64,000 bases of DNA from Chiloscyllium plagiosum. Its lineage: Eukaryota. A model generated the notes under the pieces. It was given only the letters and a program-made list of their open reading frames with translations. It ran no database searches and was not told where the DNA came from. The stretch's first letter is position 1. Each line of letters starts with the position of its first letter. Positions 13,849 to 27,560 of this stretch are shown in pieces. The stretch is from NCBI RefSeq assembly GCF_004010195.1, contig NC_057718.1, positions 44,180,949-44,244,948 of the forward strand, written 5' to 3'. Both the position numbers and the translations under genes were made by a program.

Positions 13849-14149
13849 AATTTTGAATCAACTTCATAAATCTCAGGAAACCAAACATCCGAAGGGAGAA
13901 TGTAACTGTCAAGTTCAGTAGTTAAGAGGTTTTCCAATGTTGCTTGTGGGGTAGGAGAAGTAGACATGCTATTCCTTTACATCCCAGGTTAACATGTTGG
14001 GATTTCCCTAAATGTGACCGTCATTTTGATCTGTGACCTTTACTCCTGATTTTTTCCCTCCCTCTGAGAACTAATGCATCCATCAATGAACCTTTCCATC
14101 CTCTACAAGGTGTCTAATTCACCTGCCTCACTGGGATTTTCTCCCCTCA

Positions 14150-14470
14150 TCTCTAGAAACTAGGACAAAAGGTCATAGCCTCAAAATTAGGGGGAGCAAA
14201 GTTAGGACTGAATTGTGAAGGAACCTCTTCACCAATAGGGTTGTGAATCTGTGGAATTCCCTGCCCAGTGAAGTAGTTGATGCCACTTCAGGAAATACTT
14301 TTAAAGCTCATGTAGATTTTTTTTGGACCAATAAAATAATTTATGGTTACGATGAGAGGGCAGGGAAGTTGAGTTGAGGCCACGAAAAGATCAGCCATGA
14401 TCTTATGGAATGACAGAGCAGGCTTGATGAGCCAGATTTCCTACTCCTGCTCCTAGTTCTTATGTTCTTG
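14150..14470 (+). mobile_element. CR1 LINE 3' end fragment
   Basis: RTKGHSLKIRG...RNLFTNRVVNLWNSLP, followed by a 3' UTR ending CCTACTCCTGCTCCTAGTTCTTATGTTCTT. Confidence 0.85.
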
Positions 14471-14605
14471 ACTTCAATCTATATTCAACCTACCAACTTC
14501 TCCATCAGGCCAGCTACTGAGAATTTTTTTTGACGATATTGGTCATGGCAAAAGTTATTTGAATGTTAACAGAAATGATGGGGTCAACCTGAGTGCCCTT
14601 GACTA

Positions 14606-14944
14606 GTCATAGAATCATAGAATCCTACAGTGTGAAAGCAAGCCATTCAGCCCATTGAATCCACACCAATCCACCCATCTACCTTATACCAGTAGCCCTG
14701 CATTTCCCATGGTTAATTCAACTAGCCTAAACATCCCTGGACACTATAAGCAACTTAGCATGGCCAATCCACCTGACTGCATAGTTTTGGACTGTGGGAG
14801 GAAACCAGAGCTCCCAGGGGAAATCAGCGCAGACACGGGGTGAATGTACAAACCTCAACAGACAGTTGTCCGAGAGTGGAATCAAACCTTAGTCTATGGT
14901 GCTGAGAGGCAGCAGTGCAAACCACTGAGCCACTGTGGCCACCC
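14606..14944 (-). mobile_element. HE1-type SINE
   Basis: Homologous to 17749-18072; (ATTCTATG)n tail on the minus strand. Confidence 0.85.
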
Positions 14945-15328
14945 TTTTGGGGTGATGCCCTCCAGAATTAATACCTGTTAGCATTGCCATATCGGGCAGG
15001 TTCCATCTTAAAAGAAACTGACCGTTGGATTTCTAAAACTCACATTTGTTTCAGGCAATAATCCCCCTTTCAGAATGTAAACTGATGTCTCATGCCATTT
15101 TAAGTTCAGAACTGGGCAACTCAATGTGATGTGACATAGATGAGATCTTCTAAAAGCAAATAATTAAATGTTTTTACACACTCTGGAACAACAAGAGCAT
15201 GTGTACTGATCACACAAAAATAAATTGAGCAACATCCATCCCAAAACATGCATCTATTGGATCACACCACCATCACTGAATCCAGAGTCAATCTTCCTGC
15301 TGGTAGGTTTCAATCTGCGGGACTGCAT

Positions 15329-15949
15329 TGTTATGGACCAGACCAGAGTCCCCAGAATGTAGTGTGAAGATAGCCTAGACTCTAACTTATGCATTTTTTT
15401 CAAAGGCAAGTTTAAGACACTGTGTTCCAGATGTGATTTGATTTGATCTTTAATCAAAACATACTATTTTTCTCATAATGTGATTAAAGTACAACAAAAG
15501 GAAGAATTGGCACTTAATGAGATAATGCATTATTTAACCACTAACTACCAACTGTTCCAGTATAGGCAGTATCCCATAAACACACCTTTTGGCAATAAAT
15601 GCCATTCGGCAGAGCAGTGTAGATTTACACGTGCTGATTCTCTCTAGTCCAATCTGCCCCTTTTGATGTTGAAGAGTAAGCCTCACTCTATCAGCAGATA
15701 ATTCAAGGTTTTAGCTCCAGCAGCCAGCAGAAACCTTCTCAATTAATGCAAAGCAAAAGTACATGTTTTCCTCGATCTGACACTGCCCACTCATGATTCT
15801 TTTGTCTTATTTTTTGAAAAAGCCAGGTAGAACTCAAAAACTGTTTACCAACTGCCTGTCTGAAGGAGATATTTCAGTAACCCTGTGACAACACCCTTTG
15901 CAAGAGAAACAGGACATAACACATCTTTTAAAGGAGCAGTACCATCACA
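15329..15949. mobile_element. Solo LTR
   Basis: Begins TGTTATGG, ends CCATCACA (7/8 inverted termini, TG...CA). Flanked by GCAT on both sides (15325-15328, 15950-15953); 621 nt, non-coding. Confidence 0.7.
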
Positions 15950-16092
15950 GCATTGTGATACCTTTTGAATTTAAATAAGAGAAAAACCTTAAATGGCATG
16001 AAGTGTCTTTGCCACTGGGTTGTACAGTAAATGGGTGCACAGACTGCATTAAAATTCACAGTTGAGTAATGAAGATTGGAAAATATATGTAA

Positions 16093-16214
16093 CACCCTGC
16101 TAAAGGGATTTTTTTTTCTCTCTCTCTCACACACACACCCCACTAAAGGGATAGTCTCTTTCTCTCTCTCTCTCTCACACACACACACCCACCCTGCTAA
16201 AAGAATATTCTCTC

Positions 16215-16247
<33 letters not shown>

Positions 16248-16299
16248 TTCATCCTGTCCTGACATCAAACACACACATTCATCCTGTCCTGACATCAAA
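16093..16299. repeat. Compound (CT)n(CA)n microsatellite in three larger units, plus a 30-nt tandem duplication
   Basis: Three units of ACCC(T/C)(G/A)CTAAA..(CT)n(CA)n, then ACACACATTCATCCTGTCCTGACATCAAA twice. Confidence 0.9.
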
Positions 16300-16319
16300 T
16301 GAGGCCCCAAGTTTATATT

Positions 16320-19310
16320 TTTACTTCATTCAAGGGATGCAGCATTCATTGCCAGCACGAACATTAATTGCCCAGCCCTAGTTGTGATTGAGAATGTAAT
16401 GGTGAACTGGTGCTTTGAACTTCTACAGTCTATTTTGTATACATACACCTACAATGCTGTTAAAAAGGGAATTCCAGGATTTTGATCCAATGACACTGAA
16501 GGAACATTGATATATTTCCAAGTCAGAAGGATGAGTGGCTTGCAGGGGAACTTATTGGGGAACCTGCAGGTGGTGATATTCCCATATATTTGCTGCCATT
16601 GTCCTTCTAGCTGAAAGTGACTGTGGTTTTGTCAGGTGCTGTCTCAGGAATCTTGGTGAATTTCTGGAGTGCATCTTGTTGATGGTACACAACACAGTCA
16701 TTGAGCATTGGTAGTGGAGGGAGTGATGTTTTTGTGCATGCGGTGACAATCAAGTGGGCTGATTTGTTCTGCATGGTGTCAAGCTTCTTGAATGTTGTTG
16801 GTGCTGTGCTCATCCAGGCAAGTGGGGAGTATTCTATCTCATTCCCAACTCATGCCTGATAGTGAGTGGACAGACTTTGGGGAGACAAGAGGTGTGTATT
16901 CATAGCAGAATTCCTAGCCTCTGGTCTACTCTCGTAGCTACAGAACTTATATGGCAAGTCCAATTCAATTTCTGGTCAATGGTAACCACCAGGATATTTA
17001 TGGTGGGGCATTTGATGATGGTAATTTTACTGAATGTCAAGAAGTGACATCTTGCTGGAGATGATCATTGCCTGACACTTGCATAGTTAGAATGTTTTTT
17101 GTCATCTGACAGCCTGAGGTTGGATGCTGTCCAGGTTTCGTTGCATTTGTATATTGACTGCGAATGGTGCTGAACATCAGGCAATTATCAGCCAGCATCG
17201 TCATTTCTGATTTTATAATGGAGGAAAGGTCACGATGAAGTAGCTGAAGATGGTTGCATTTAGGATACTATCCTGAGGAACTCATGCAGAAATATTCTGG
17301 AACTGAAATTACGAACTTGCAACAACCACAACCACCGTCCTTTGTGTAAGGTGTGACTCCAGTCAGCAGACTTTTCCATGATTCTCATTGCCGCTAGTAT
17401 TTTTTTATGGCTGCTTGATGCCACATGTGGTCAAAAGTGGCTTTGATATCAAGGGCATTCACTGTTATCTGGCTTTTGGGGTTCAATTGTTCCATCTATG
17501 TTTAAACCAAGGGTGTAATGAGGACAGGAGTTGTTTAGACCTCGCCAAATCCAAACTGATTATTAATGAGCATGCCATTGCTAAGCATAAGCTACTTGAG
17601 AGCGCTGTTGATGACACCTTCCATCAAATTACTTAGGATGGACAGTGGGCTGATGTGATAATTGGCCATGTTGGATTTGTCCTGCTTTTTGTGTACAGGA
17701 CATACCATTGTTGGTTAGTTGCCAGGGTTGTAGCTATGCTGGAATGGTGGGCGGCACGGTGGCACAGTGGTTAGCACTGCTGCCTCACAGCGCCGGAGAC
17801 CCAGGTTCAATTCCCGCCTCAGGCGACTGACTGTGTGGAGTTTGCACATTCTCCCCGTGTCTGCGTGGGTTTCCTCCGGGTGCTCCGGTTTCCTCCCACA
17901 GTCCAAAGATGTGCAGGTCAGGTGAATTGGCCATACTAAATTGCCCGTAGTGTTAGGTAAGGGGTAAATGTAGGGGTATGGGTGGGTTGCGCTTCGGCGG
18001 GGCGGTGTGGACTTGTTGGGCCGAAGGGCCTGTTTCCACACTGTAAGTAATCTAAAATCTAAGTAATCTAAAGAACAGTTTAGCTAGGGGTATGGCAAGT
18101 TCTTCAGTGTTATTGCCAAATGTGGTCAGCACACATAACTTTTGCAGTATCCAGTGCCTTCAGCTGTTTCTTCCCATTATGTGATTGAATTGAATTGGCT
18201 GAGGATGATCATCCACTCGGCATTTCTAGCTGTAGATTGTTGCAAATGCTTCAAATGTATCAATTGCACTAAAATTCTGAGTGACTCTGTCATCTGGATG
18301 GGGATATTTGTGGAGCTCTTCCTCCACTGAGTTTGTAACTTGTCCATCAATATTCACACCTGGATATGGCAAAACAACAGAGTTTAAATCTGTTGTGGAA
18401 TTGCTTAATCCAGTCTATCACATGCTGCTTACACGGTTTAGCATGTAAGTAGTCCTGTGTTGTAGCTTCACCAGCTTGACACCTCATTTTTAAGTATGCC
18501 TGGTGCTATACCTTGCTAGCACTCCTTATTGAACTAGGATTGATCATCAGGTTTAATGATAATGATAATGTGGGTTATATGATGGGTCATGTGATTGCAG
18601 ATTATTTTTGAGCACAATTCTATTCTGGCTGATGGCACTCAGTGTTGAGTTGCTAGATCTATTTGAAATTTGCTCCATTTAGCACAGTGATAGAATCATG
18701 ATACATGATGGAGGGCATTCTCAAGGTGGAGGCAGGATTTCATCTCCACAAAGACTGTGCGGTGGTCTCTCCAACCAATACTGTCATGGGGAGATATGTC
18801 TGCAGCAAGCAAGTAAGTGAGGACGATATCATATGTTTTTCCCATATGTTGCTTCCTACACCACCGCAGATGACCAGCTATGTCCTTTAGGACTCGACCA
18901 GCTCAGTCAGTAATCATGCTGCTGAGGCACTCTACATCATGGACATTGATGAGGCCCACCTTTTGTGTCCAATGCCACACACAGCACTTCCTTCAAGTGC
19001 TTTTCAAAATGGCAGACAACTAATTCATCAGCCAAAGGTAGGATAGAGGAGGCACATGGTTATCAGCAGGAAATCTCCTTGCCATGTTTAACCTAATGTC
19101 ATTAAGATTTGATTGGATCTGAATTTAATGTTGAGGGCTTCTTGCATATCCCATGGTCTTTGTAGAATTGTGTTGCCACCTCTGTAAAGTTTGCCCTACC
19201 TGGGACAGGAAAGGACCCAGAGGTAGTGATTTTGTTGTCTGGATATTGTCTGTAAGTTACAATTCCTTGAGTTTGATTACGTCAGCTTGTTACTTAATCT
19301 GTGTCTTTGA
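16320..19310 (-). mobile_element. Old CR1/L2-like LINE, near-full ORF2, interrupted by an HE1 SINE
   Basis: Minus-strand WMSTAPTTFKKLDTMQNKSAHLI, LDIKATFDHMWH (RT motif, about 17420-17455), endonuclease-like 5' part near 19250, 3' tail GGGCTGGGCAATTAATG. Heavily mutated. Confidence 0.75.
17749..18072 (+). mobile_element. HE1-type V-SINE, young full-length copy
   Basis: tRNA-derived head (GGCACAGTGGTTAG A-box, GGTTCAATTCCC B-box), V-domain, tail GGGCCGAAGGGCCTGTTTCCACACTGTAAGTAATCTAA. CpGs retained. Confidence 0.95.
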
Positions 19311-19503
19311 GGCTGTGATGTGATTAGATTATAGCCACGCTTCCCCTATTTGATATGGTTCTGGGGGGAATCTCCATACTGTTAAACCGCCAGGTGAGGA
19401 AGGATGAACTGGCGCTTCTTTCTTATTCACCTACCCATTCCATTGGTTGCAGCAGGTTTAATTTGAAAAGGATCTCTCCTAAACTCTGTGACAGCATCAC
19501 GTT

Positions 19504-19688
19504 GGTGAGTGATGACTTACTGCCCTGAACTCCCTGTCTTGATAATGTTGGTGAATGGGGACTGATTGTCCTGATCTCCCTATTACAGAGTCATGTCAGT
19601 GAATGGGGATTGGCTATCCTGATCTCACTGTGACAGGGTCATGTCAGTGAATGTGGATTAGCCATCCTGATCTCACTGTGGCATAGTC
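19504..19688. repeat. 48-bp minisatellite, about 4 diverged copies
   Basis: GTGAATG(G/T)GGA...CCTGATCTC units start at 19551, 19599 and 19647; a more diverged copy starts at about 19504. Confidence 0.8.
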
Positions 19689-22618
19689 GGGGTTGGCTTG
19701 CTATTGACCAGGGAGTCATCAGCCCCTTTGTTATCTTTGTCATCATAAGAGATCATAGTCCAGTTTGTTTGATGTTTCTTTGATGCTTTGGGTGTTACAA
19801 TCCATCCATCTCTCTCCCGCACGCTCGCTCTCTCTCTCTCTCTCTTTGTACAGCCACATCTGCAGCGATTTTTGACTATATCAGACTCTGTATCAAAATA
19901 AAACACATTTTGGAATTCAAATGTTTACAGTACTTTGGAATTCTGACCCATTGTCTTAACAACAGCTGCATCAATTTTTGCACTTATCTCTGATGTTAGT
20001 AAGAAGGATTTTACAAGCTCAACAGGGCTGAATTGTTTTGTTATTTCCAGTTGTGGTTTCCAATAATTAACAGTCTCAGCCCAGTGCCACTGGGATTTTA
20101 CCAACTACAAGTGGGTCTGTTGCCCTGCTGTGTGTCCAATAGGTCAACCTGTGCAGGCAACTTGTCAGCTTGGGGATCCATGGATCAAAGGCAATCAGTC
20201 CACGATTGACAGACTGAATATGGGGCAGGGATATGTACTCTGAGAACCACCTCCTGCTATTGCTTTCAATCCATGTCCTCTCTCCCCATGACCCTAAACT
20301 CAGAAACACCCCTCACACAAATCACATCTGACCCCCTTGTCTTCTCCTGGTACTCTCCTGGCAGCGGTCACAGGCTCTTCTGAGGTGCTGTTGTGTGTGC
20401 AAGAGATGTTGACCTTGAATGGAAGGCACCTCTCACTGGGTGGGCCATACACTCCCAGGATCTTAATGCCAGGTTGAATGCTATCAGTGGCCTCACCAAT
20501 GCCTGAACAGCATTAGATCTGGCCGGTCTTCCATGGGACAGGCAGTGCGGGTCTCTTTCCTGCTTTCTGGTCAGTTACCACCACAGAAAGGTTCCCCAAG
20601 AAGTCTATTCCAAAGGATTTACTTAGATTTTGTTTTCCAACTGTTAAGTTTTACTCTTTAGAAATTTTAATTCTCTTAAAATTTATTTTTGGAGTTTTCA
20701 AACAGGCAACAAACAGAAATCTAAGGAATGAGTAGGAAGAGTTTATGGGCTTGAACAAAGTTACAAAAATAGAGAGGATCTGTCAACGGAGGAATCTCAA
20801 ATCACAAAGGGCAGAGATAAAGCAATGTGGACACAGAGTCAATGCTGATCAGTGAGGATGAAAAGGAATAGAAATCAGGTTTGGTACAGGATAGGATACA
20901 AGCAGTAGAGTTTTTGATGAGCTGAAACAATGAAGTTTGGAAATTGGGCGGTCAGTAAAGAAAGATTTGCGGTAATCTAGTCTGAAGATGACCAAATCAT
21001 GCTCAAAAATTTCAAGAGCAGATTGATTAATGTGGGGAAGGGGGCAGTAAACAATAAGTGGGTGCAACTCTCTTTCTCTTAACTGGCCAAAATTCAAAGT
21101 TGGAAACTTAGTCTAGGGATGAACATAAGATCACTTTCTTTGCACCAATATCCCATTGTTGTAATGAAAAAATAATCAAAGTTTTCATCAACTGGGAATA
21201 AAAGACTTAATTGTTTTCACTTTGCTATGGAAAAGTCCATTCTCTCTCATTCTTTTACTGTGAAAGCAACAAAATCTAATTAATCTAATTATGGAATTTG
21301 TATTGAGTGTCTTAAAATGATGTTTTATACCACAGAATAGAAAAACTCCTCAACATCATTAGCAAACAAAAGCAGTCATCTCGATAGCTCAGTATTCAAC
21401 GTACTTGTACAAATATGAAACAAAATCTGAACAACTGCAACACTTAATAGAATTACAAAAAAGCAACATTTCATTCCTTGTTAGTTATTTCTCTTTTTTA
21501 TTGTAGTGACTAATTTTTCATTTTAAAATTAAGCAACACTGTTTTATAGTCAGCACATTATAAACAGTCTGATAAATTTGTGTCATGGTTCTGACTCTGA
21601 TTGAAACGATTAGTGAAAATTAAACAAATCTGAGGCCTGAAACAAATTGGATAGAAAAACAGAACATTGATTAAGCATCATTATCACTCTGTAAATCAAT
21701 GGATATTGCAAGACTGCAATGATTGGAACTTAAAGAAAGTTCAACATATCAGTTTCAGGCTCTATAAAGTAACCTGCATACATGAATGCTGAAAGCAGCT
21801 TTAATTTACTTTGAATGTGTTAAAAGCAAAATAAAACATTTGTAGATTTTTATTTATCTATTTAATTTTTTGCATCAAAGGAGGAAATGTATCTGCAGGC
21901 AATACTATCCCTGCTTTTTGTCCCTTTGTGAATTTTTCCAATTACCAAATATTTTGATCTGCTTTCTATTTATAAATTCACTGCTAAATTTCATCAGCTT
22001 TGCATTCAGTGGGTAGTCTCAGCTTGTTTCTGGAATTAATTTAATATTATGGTCTTGCACAAATCATAAATAAAGTGATTTTCTTTCTGCTTGTCTGCTT
22101 TGGATTTGGACTTTACTTTCAGGAGTGAAATGTCACACTGATAGAACCATCATGCAATCTATCCCCATACAACTTCCTGTTAATTAACTACAAGTAGGTA
22201 ATTGCTGTTGATTGATATAATTTCGTGACATAGTTGAGGTTCCTGTTCTGAACAGATGACCTGCCAAGAAATTCGACAGCTGCCCAAAATGGGCAAGGAA
22301 ATGTAATGCAACTATTTAAGCTGCTGACACACTCCATCATTAAATCTAAAGTAAGTCAGGCTCAAATGGCCTCTTTTAAGTATTACTGGTGAGATGTGGA
22401 CTCTAAACATGAACCCTGCACCATTTACGAAAGGGCGGTAAGCTTGATAGGCCCATGCAGATTGGCAGAAGGGTGCGATCAAGGAGTTGGCAAGAGTGCT
22501 GGGGACCTCAGATGGGACAGCAACTGATGATTTGTGCTCTGAACTTTGGAAGAGCAATCCAACTTCTTCTTGTGCTCAGAAATTCTACATTTCCTGAACA
22601 GCTTTTAAACATGTGTCA

Positions 22619-23985
22619 TGCTGAGATATTTGTATTATCAATAGTCACAGGTGAGGGGCCGGAAGACTGGAGGTTGGCAAACGTGGTGCCACTGTTTAAG
22701 AAGGGCAGTAAAGACAAGCCAGGGAACTATAGACCGTTGAGCCTGACCACAGTGGTGGGCAAGTTGTTGGAGGGAATCCTGAGGGACAGGATGTACATGT
22801 ATTTGGAAAGGCAAGGACTGATTAGGGATAGTCAACATGGCTTTGTGCATGGGAAATCATGTCTCACAAACTTGATTGAGTTTTTTGAAGAAGTAACAAA
22901 GAAGTTTGATGAGGGCAGAGCAGTAGATGTGATTTATATGGACTTCAGTAAGGCGTTTGACAAGGTTCCCCATGGGAGACTGATTAACAAGGTTAGATCT
23001 CATGGAATACAGGGAGAACTAGCCATTTGGATACAGAACTGGCTCAAAGGTAGAAGANNNNNNNNNNNNNNNNNNNNNNNNNNNNNNNNNNNNNNNNNNN
23101 NNNNNNNNNNNNNNNNNNNNNNNNNNNNNNNNNNNNNNNNNNNNNNNNNNNNNNNNNNNNNNNNNNNNNNNNNNNNNNNNNNNNNNNNNNNNNNNNNNNN
23201 NNNNNNNNNNNNNNNNNNNNNNNNNNNNNNNNNNNNNNNNNNNNNNNNNNNNNNNNNNNNNNNNNNNNNNNNNNNNNNNNNNNNNNNNNNNNNNNNNNNN
23301 NNNNNNNNNNNNNNNNNNNNNNNNNNNNNNNNNNNNNNNNNNNNNNNNNNNNNNNNNNNNNNNNNNNNNNNNNNNNNNNNNNNNNNNNNNNNNNNNNNNN
23401 NNNNNNNNNNNNNNNNNNNNNNNNNNNNNNNNNNNNNNNNNNNNNNNNNNNNNNNNNNNNNNNNNNNNNNNNNNNNNNNNNNNNNNNNNNNNNNNNNNNN
23501 NNNNNNNNNNNNNNNNNNNNNNNNNNNNNNNNNNNNNNNNNNNNNNNNNNNNNNNNNNNNNNNNNNNNNNNNNNNNNNNNNNNNNNNNNNNNNNNNNNNN
23601 NNNNNNNNNNNNNNNNNNNNNNNNNNNNNNNNNNNGGGGCATGGATAGGATAAATAGACAAAGTCTTTTCCCTGGGGTCGGGGAGTCCAGAACTAGAGGG
23701 CATATGTTTAGGGTGAGAGGGGAAAGACATAAAAGAGACCTAAGGGGCAACTTTTTCACATAGAGAGTGGTGCGTGTATGGAATGAGCTGCCAGAGGATG
23801 TGTTGGAGGCTGATACAATTGCAACATTTAAGAGGAATTTGGATGGGTATATGAATAGAAAGGGTTTGTAGGGATATGGGCTGGGTGCTGGCAGGTGGGA
23901 CTAGATTGGGTTGGGATATCTGGTCGGCATGGACAGGTTGGACTGAAGGGTCTGTTTCCAGGCTGTAGATCTCTCTGACTCTATG
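22619..23985 (+). mobile_element. CR1-clade (HER1-like) LINE, 5'-truncated, spanning an assembly gap
   Basis: Open RT N-half (EDWRLANVVPLFKKG...DFSKAFDKVPH); after the gap, ORF2 C-terminus and a 3' tail ending CTCTGACTCTATG. Same subfamily as 1-758. Confidence 0.95.
23058..23635. other. Assembly gap (578 N)
   Basis: Run of n. Confidence 1.
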
Positions 23986-24712
23986 TGAACCACTTTTCAG
24001 ACAGCTGCCATTATTGTTGAGTTTGAAGACTAAGGACAATGCATTTTAAAGAAAGGAGATCATCCGTGAACAAAATGAAGAGAATATCCTCAAGAGAGCT
24101 TACCACCACACAGTCCCAAATTCTAAATCTCACCAGAATTGATTGCCAACTGAATACAAAATTTCAGGGCCTCGTTTAGGAACATAAATTAATAGCAAAT
24201 GTTTGTGCTTCTTTCAGTGCAAATGTTTGGCATCAAATCAGTCTTGTCTTTGTAAATGACATCATAAAGGGGGACCTGCAGAAAAAGTTCACATGAGTTT
24301 TGTCAGAATCGTGAATTTGACATGGGAGATGTAACACAATTTGGTTTACCTCCAAATTGTTCATTGCTGCTCAGCTTTGAAAAGCTGATGCCAAAAGTTG
24401 TATGGAACTTCCAGTCTTAGGTCTACAAATGTCAGTTGACAGCAAAACTATACGCTAGGTTGCAATGTGCAATTAACTGGTACTCATTGTTTCTGATGGA
24501 ACACCACATCAACTTAGTCCTGCCTGCTCACTACCATGATTGTAGCTTGCATCTAGCACTAACCTATGCAGTTGAGCAGCAGTGTCACAAGAAAGTAGCC
24601 AAAATTGTGAAAGAATAGCACCAGGTATAGCTAGCCTGCACCCCTTCAAGAGAATTGGCAGGAACAAGGATTGGAAGTCAGTGTAAAACCAATTCTAACC
24701 TGGAAAATTAAC

Positions 24713-24912
24713 ATGAATGGCACACCATGGGAAAGAGACAAGGCTGCAAAAGTTTTAGATGTTGCACTTGATGCATTGGTTGAGAAGGATTAAACGAGAA
24801 TGCTGTTGAGACATATTATCAGACGTCAATAAGGGCATACAGTCAGAATTAAGTCCTGAAGACTTGCAAGAAATGTTGCAAAATGTTCAGTGACCTCACG
24901 TAAGTGACCAAG
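24713..24912 (+). mobile_element. PIF/Harbinger Myb/SANT-like DNA-binding gene relic
   Basis: AAKVLDVALDALVEKD and VLKTCKKCCKMFSDLT*VTK resemble the APRFSD..LE.LV and RT..QCRK.FNDL motifs of Harbinger Myb proteins. Confidence 0.55.
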
Positions 24913-27089
24913 TTTAGTGAATGTATGTTCAAATGCCATAATCTGTCAGTAGCACGCTAGCCTTATATTCAGACCATGCCATTTCACTCAGCTAACCATA
25001 ATTGCTCTCAGAACTTATACTTGATGTTTATAGTTTTACCTCACCCTCATACATTTAACACTTCAACCAGCCTCATTTCCATATCTCACTACTTACACAA
25101 ATTGTCTCCCAATGATTGCCAGTTCTGCCTCTGATTATATACTGCCTTATACTGGAAGATAAAGTGATATGACAATATTGCCCAAACAGTTTGAACACAT
25201 TCATTGGTTCCCTTCTCTCTATCTTGTAGAATATATTAGCACACGACTAGATGTGACATGTGCTCACCTTTATTGATGTGCCCATGTTAAGATTATATTG
25301 TGACAGGGCTGATACAATTTAAAATAATGGTATGTTCATATCCAATCCTCCTTGTTATATTCTATTTCCTCCTCAGTCCACAATCTCTTATGATTACAAG
25401 TTGAGGATGGGTAAGTATGTTACTTACTTGGGCCCCCATTCTACAACACTATCCTTATGCCCTTTTCCATGAAGATACTCAAAAATAGCAATCTGATCAG
25501 AGTGCTAGAACAGCAATAAGAGGGAGAGCAGGAAGACTGTAATGATGAAGAAATATCATCAAATGATCTCATACTCAATGCTTCAAGCTCAGATGGCATA
25601 CATTGCATATTCTTTTGAGAATTGCTTAGAGACAGGATATACAGTGTCTGAACAACTATGCTGGTGTCCTGTACTCACAAACTTTGCTCTCCCACACTCC
25701 CATCAACTGCCAACACCTACACGTTAGTTGAAACTAAATGTATTACACCACAATTACTATTCCACAATGACTATTCAGCCCAACTACTGCCATCTTCTAT
25801 CAGAGCATCCCATATGGCATAATCTTCCTGAGCAAGATCAATCAGTAGATTTCAGTTAATCCTTTGGATCAAAGAACAGGAAGTACAAGAACTCACTAAC
25901 AAGTTACTTGTGACAAGTCCTATTGATTGAATCTGAGACTTTGTACTCCCACACTGAGAGTAATACTTGCTAAGCAGGTAAAGCCATGGCTCTAATGTGG
26001 CCAACCACTGCTGCTGGTGCCTTAGTACAAACCGATTGGGAGAAACAAGCAATGCTGCATAAGATCAAGCAGTGTCCCCTAAACAAACTAATCAGACTGA
26101 GCAAATCAGGAGGCTATCACTTGGTTTTGTTGATTTGCATTTGCTAAATAAAAAGAAATAATTAGGTGCAGCTCCCTGGAGCATGAGTTTTCATGCTAGA
26201 TCTGCTGCAGAAAGCTCAGATGAGCACATTGATGGGACAGATTGCAGAGGAAGGCTAATGGGAGTATGCAAAGATAGAAGGGCTTAATGTATTTGCAGAC
26301 CAACTAGAATGCCTGCTTTGCAATGGCAAAGAGAGAGGAGGAATCCAGAATTAACTTTGCAAATGACTTCACTTGTATGCTTGGACATAATGGCCAGCTC
26401 CATTAGCACAATAATAGACCAAAACATGATGTAGCATCTTATGGCCAAATTCAATTGCAGGACAAGTAGAAACAAATTATTCTCCAGATGGTACCATGCA
26501 AGTTCTAGTTTCTGTCTTCCATTTCAGCCTGCTGCCATCATGGTTGCCAATTGCCGTGTGTAAATGGTCTAGAAGTTCAGTAGTCGGCCCTACATAGGTT
26601 TGATAGGATCTGCTGAGGTGTTTCCCCAGGCGAGTGGAAGTGGTTCCATGGGAGGATAAACCTACTGTCCTTTCTCAGGGAAGGGTTATTCATTGACCTG
26701 CCATGACGAGTGCCCTGGCTATTGTCCCTGAGTCAGTCCAGCACTGCTGCCTATGGTTAGTTGGTACAGTTTGCAACTGGATCTTCCAGGCTGTTCGATA
26801 CCATCTTCTGAGATTATCTGCAGTCCCTCTCTGTGAAAGTAAGCAACTTCCTATTTGCCATGTTGCAGCAATTGGCAAAGCATTCTTTGGACTACTAGGA
26901 ATTACAAATCTACTTGGAAACAGCACTTAGGAGTACTCAACTGTGGTAAGCTAATTATCTGAATATTTCCTTTGCCTATTCAATGGTTCTGATGTTTGCA
27001 CTGTATTAAGCAGATCCTGTGATGGTCAGGAACAGACATTTGTGAAGATGTTGGGCTCTTGGGGAATGACAAGATGAATTATTCACAAA

Positions 27090-27400
27090 CAGCTTGGTAT
27101 GAAAGGGATTTTCAAGATTTCATTCTCCGTTCCAACTCCTCTTTCTGTTCCTCAGCTGCACCTCATGTGGCCAAGCCTGTGGCCTCATGATTTCAAGACT
27201 GTGCAACATACAGCAGACCACCATGAACCTTGACTGCCACACTATTGAGCATGGCAAAGCATGCAGAGTTGTCCAAACAGTGGAAGTGTGGTTTTTGTAC
27301 AATAATGGCTTTCGCTGTCAGATTTTATGTGGAAGCATTGGCTCTGTGCATGCTATCCACGCTTGTGTCTTTTTCACACCAGAGTCATCATTAAGACTGA
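27090..27400 (-). mobile_element. Harbinger (HARBI1-like) transposase C-terminal relic
   Basis: Minus strand: ANAST*NLTAKAIIVQKPHFHCLDNS and SRFMVVCCMLHSLEIMRPQ, matching the H..TR..IE..IG.LK.RFRCLD and CC.LHN motifs. Confidence 0.7.
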
Positions 27401-27560
27401 GATAACAAGAACTGTATTCACCCAGAGGGTGAATCTTTAGAATTCCCAACCTTAGAGATCTGTGGAAGCTCAATCATTGAGTATGGTCAAGACAGAAATT
27501 GATATATTTCCTGAGAATAATGACACCAAGGGAAAGGAGAATAATGCAGGAAAGTGGTGT
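27400..27560 (+). mobile_element. Old CR1 3' fragment
   Basis: TTCACCCAGAGGGTGAATC...GTCAAGACAGAAATTGATATATT, a CR1 ORF2 end / 3' UTR pattern. Confidence 0.65.

Noticed and set aside
16076..16381. 101-aa His/Thr-rich ORF
   Set aside because: Translation of (CT)n(CA)n microsatellite.
17749..17825. tRNA-like A and B boxes
   Set aside because: This is the head of an HE1 SINE, not a tRNA gene.
19504..19688. CRISPR-like periodicity
   Set aside because: Contiguous tandem units without unique spacers, in a eukaryotic context.
22455..23759. Long 397, 246 and 228 aa ORFs
   Set aside because: Their length comes from the N gap; the real part is CR1 reverse transcriptase.
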